Source: Gammaproteobacteria bacterium
GTDB taxonomy: Bacteria; Pseudomonadota; Gammaproteobacteria; Eutrophobiales; Eutrophobiaceae
Direction: 5' to 3'
Assembly: GCA_965243205.1 (NCBI GenBank)
Contig: CBDEUK010000002.1
Coordinates: 2,240,001-2,304,000, forward strand
DNA: 64,000 nt
Position numbers and translations under genes: made by a program. Positions 60,977 to 64,000 of the stretch are shown one piece after another. The notes under the pieces were generated by a model. That model searched no databases. It was not told where the DNA came from and worked only from the letters and a program-made list of their open reading frames with translations. The stretch's first letter is position 1; the number at the start of each line of letters is the position of its first letter.

Positions 60977-61669
60977 GTGATGCCTAAACGAATTGTCTTA
61001 GTTGAAGATGACCCTGCTCTTAGAGAAAACTACGCCTCTGCGATCCTTCGTCAAGGATATGAATTAGAATCGTTTGATAATAAAGTGACCGCAACAGAGT
61101 CATTTAATAAACAGTTACCTGACTTAGCTATTCTAGATATCAGTTTAGGCGATGAACCTGAGGCCGGGTTTGAATTATGTCGTCTATTGCGAGCTAAGTC
61201 TGAACAAGTTCCAATTATTTTTTTTACAGCGAGAGATTCGGAATTGGATACTATTTCTGGTTTACGTTTAGGTGCGGATGATTATTTAACCAAGAATATA
61301 ACACTTGAACAATTAACTGCGAGAGTTGCAGCTTTATTAAGAAGAGTTGATGCATTAACTAAATCGACGAACCAATCACAAATAATAGAACAAGGTAATT
61401 TACTCATCGACACTGATTGCATGACTATAAAGTGGCAAGATAAAGCGGTTGATTTAACGTTGACTGAATTTTGGATAGTACATTCTTTAGCGAAAATTGC
61501 GGGTCATGTGAAAAGTCGTGAACAACTTATGCAAGATGCAAAAATATTTGTTGATGATGGTACGGTGACATCTCATATAAAACGCATACGTAAAAAATTT
61601 AAAAAAATTGATGAACAATTCGATTCAGTCGAAACTATTTACGGTATGGGATATCGTTGGAATATCTAA
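60977..61669 (+). CDS. pdsR: dedicated sortase system response regulator (OmpR family)
   Basis: REC plus wHTH; GLRLGADDYLTK, LTLTEFW and TSHIKRIR motifs. Confidence 0.9.
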   Translation: MMPKRIVLVEDDPALRENYASAILRQGYELESFDNKVTATESFNKQLPDLAILDISLGDEPEAGFELCRLLRAKSEQVPIIFFTARDSELDTISGLRLGADDYLTKNITLEQLTARVAALLRRVDALTKSTNQSQIIEQGNLLIDTDCMTIKWQDKAVDLTLTEFWIVHSLAKIAGHVKSREQLMQDAKIFVDDGTVTSHIKRIRKKFKKIDEQFDSVETIYGMGYRWNI

Positions 61670-61686
61670 GTATCTAAGTATTTAAG

Positions 61687-63777
61687 ATGAAAACAAAAAA
61701 GTCTTTTCGATTCTCTTTACGATCAAAGCTGTTTATATTGTCGCTGACATTCTTACTGGTTCCTTATGTAGCTTATCGTTCATTAGTCGAGTTGGAAAAT
61801 AGCTTACGATTCCGCTTAGAAGATACATTATTAGAAGTCGGCAATTCGATTTCTGCTTTCTTGAGTGATAGAGATGAATTATTAAGACATGATGTTTCAA
61901 CAGCAAATGATTACATTTTTGTCCATGACTTAAAGTATCCAATATTATTAGATGGATATGGAGATGAATGGAGTGAATTATTACCTTGGGCTAATCGTTA
62001 CCAAAGTGATTTGAATAGCGAATTTTCTTATCGATTAATGTTTGGTCGCTACAATAATTCATTATATATATTAATTGACGTTAACGATTCTACGCAGATA
62101 TATCAAAATCCAAGTCAATCTACCATAAAAAATAGTGACCATATTTCTCTGGTTGTCCAAAATCAAGATAACGAATCGAAAACATATGAATTAGCGCCTG
62201 AAGCTCCAGGTAAATTTTTTCCATTCATTTTGGAACCTTATTGGTTACAACAACAAGATATAGGTTTAACGGATCCTGAATATCGAAAAATTTATTTGAC
62301 GAATATTCAAGCCTATTGGCAAAGAACAGAGAAAGGTTATACCGTAGAATTAGAAATACCTTGGAACATCGCACCAAAATTTTTAGGCACGATAGTGCAT
62401 GATGCGACTTCAAAACAGGATGAACCAATTTCAATTGCCAGTTTTGATCAAGATAGCACAAATAATTTAAGCCAATTAATTCAACAATCAAAAGAATTAA
62501 ATACGATCATTCGTAGTTTAGGCGTGACAAAAAATCGTCGAGTTTGGGTTTTAGATACAATAGGGCAGGTTGTTGCGGTTGATGGCACCTTGAAAGCAAA
62601 ATTAAAGAAAACGCCAGTCAATTTATTATATGAAATTTTATTACCAAAAACATATGAACGGTTTAATGATGAATTAAGTGAAGCCTCGCGTTTACAAGGT
62701 AAAGAAATACAAGCAGCGTTGAATGGAACAGCACAAAGTCGCTGGCGAGCATCCAATGATGATAAGGCAGTCATTTTATCGGCAGCTGTACCAATAGTAC
62801 AAGATGGTATTGTGAAAGGTATTGTGGTCGTTGAAGAAACTACTAATAGTATTCAGTTGTTAAAACGAGATGCGTTAACTAATTTAATTAATAAAACTTT
62901 AATTGTATTTATTGCCATTACCGCGATGATCTTATTGTTTGCGAGTTATTTATCATTTCGTTTACGCAAACTATCTCAACAGGCAGAACAAGCCATTGAT
63001 GAACATGGTCGCGTGGTTGGAGAAATCACATTAAAAGAATCAAATGATGAACTTGGTGAGCTGGTCGCAAATTACAAAAAGATATTGTCTCGTTTAAAAC
63101 AATATCATCACTATTTAGAAACAATGGCGAGTAAATTATCTCACGAATTACGCACACCAATAACAGTTGTTAAGTCTTCATTAGATAATTTTGAACAGGA
63201 AGATAATGCAGTAAAACAAAAAGAATATCTTGAACGAGCAAATCAAGGTATAGAACAATTAAACCATATAATCTCACGTCTCAGTGAAGCCACACGTCTA
63301 GAAAATATCTTAAATGATTCGGAATTAGAATCGGTAGATATAATAAAATTAGTATCGGATTGTGTTTCAGCCTATCAAGATGCCTATGCTCCAGTCCTTA
63401 TAAAACTAAAAGTAAACTCAGAAAAAAGTTTTATGAAAGTAGCCCCTGATTTAATTGTGCAAATGCTAGATAAATTAATTCAAAATGCAGTCGATTTTCA
63501 TGCAGAAGGTTCGACCATAGATTTTATTCTTTCTGAAAATGATAAGGCTTTTAATATCGATATCGTTAATCAGGGCCCGATTCTTTCTGAAGAAATTTCA
63601 TCGCAACTATTCCAATCAATGACCACACAGCGTAGTAATAATACTAATGGCCAACCTCACTTAGGTTTAGGTTTGTATATTGTAAGAATGATTGTCGAAT
63701 TTCATTTAGGAACAGTACAAGCGAGCAATTTGGATGATCAAATAGGAGTTCGTTTTTCGGTTAAGTTACCGAAATAA
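61687..63777 (+). CDS. pdsS: dedicated sortase system histidine kinase
   Basis: LDGY..EW periplasmic motif, LSHELRTP and HLGLGLYI. Confidence 0.9.
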   Translation: MKTKKSFRFSLRSKLFILSLTFLLVPYVAYRSLVELENSLRFRLEDTLLEVGNSISAFLSDRDELLRHDVSTANDYIFVHDLKYPILLDGYGDEWSELLPWANRYQSDLNSEFSYRLMFGRYNNSLYILIDVNDSTQIYQNPSQSTIKNSDHISLVVQNQDNESKTYELAPEAPGKFFPFILEPYWLQQQDIGLTDPEYRKIYLTNIQAYWQRTEKGYTVELEIPWNIAPKFLGTIVHDATSKQDEPISIASFDQDSTNNLSQLIQQSKELNTIIRSLGVTKNRRVWVLDTIGQVVAVDGTLKAKLKKTPVNLLYEILLPKTYERFNDELSEASRLQGKEIQAALNGTAQSRWRASNDDKAVILSAAVPIVQDGIVKGIVVVEETTNSIQLLKRDALTNLINKTLIVFIAITAMILLFASYLSFRLRKLSQQAEQAIDEHGRVVGEITLKESNDELGELVANYKKILSRLKQYHHYLETMASKLSHELRTPITVVKSSLDNFEQEDNAVKQKEYLERANQGIEQLNHIISRLSEATRLENILNDSELESVDIIKLVSDCVSAYQDAYAPVLIKLKVNSEKSFMKVAPDLIVQMLDKLIQNAVDFHAEGSTIDFILSENDKAFNIDIVNQGPILSEEISSQLFQSMTTQRSNNTNGQPHLGLGLYIVRMIVEFHLGTVQASNLDDQIGVRFSVKLPK

Positions 63778-63783
63778 TCGAGC

Positions 63784-64000
63784 TTAATACCAATTTTGAA
63801 TGCTTTTTTCTGCCTGAGAATTAAGTGGTCTTGCAATTAAGCCTGTTTGAGTAAGTACCAGTTCAAATTCAGCCTGATCTTGCATGGGAAGATAACTGGC
63901 AGTGCCATAGAGCGCATCGATTAGCGGTAAGTATGTTTGATATTGTCTAATTAATGGCCAGATATCGGTGGTAGCTTGTTCGGTGAGCGCAAATACCGTG
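63784..64000 (-). CDS. 3' end of a conserved hypothetical protein (partial)
   Basis: Open minus frame ...IDALYGTASYLPMQDQAEFELVLTQTGLIARPLN...WY*, stop at 63784. Confidence 0.7.
   Translation of the reverse strand, partial: TVFALTEQATTDIWPLIRQYQTYLPLIDALYGTASYLPMQDQAEFELVLTQTGLIARPLNSQAEKSIQNWY

Noticed and set aside
61667-61686. TAAGTATC/TAAGTATT short tandem repeat between pdsR and pdsS
   Set aside because: About 2.5 copies of 8 bp in AT-rich sequence; most likely slippage with no supportable function.

Overview
AT-rich chromosomal window from a probably marine gammaproteobacterium. No integrase, transposase, prophage or CRISPR array is visible. In order it holds: (1) a sigma54-regulated cyanate uptake/cyanase locus (cynF-like activator, cynABD, cynS); (2) a CapW-like WYL regulator divergent from recA-recX-alaS-lysC-csrA-tRNA-Ser-tRNA-Arg; (3) a ~17 kb metal-acquisition region with three TonB-dependent receptors, a BlaI/BlaR1-like pair, an exported His-rich CobN-like protein with DUF2149 and MotA/ExbB partners (HmuSUV-like), a PEP-CTERM-type protein, Fur boxes, a candidate Fur-regulated sRNA and a DUF2946/RAPP leader ORF; (4) a ccm operon split into two convergent halves; (5) housekeeping genes and a complete proteobacterial dedicated sortase (pds) system. 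The most unusual signal lies just downstream of csrA. Each tRNA gene is preceded by a truncated copy of its own 5' end, with a multi-hairpin insert in the D-loop carrying CAGGA loops (CsrA-type sites), a cGAAg hairpin where the anticodon arm would be, and a shared linker. Family assignments come from recognised motifs only; no database searches were run.
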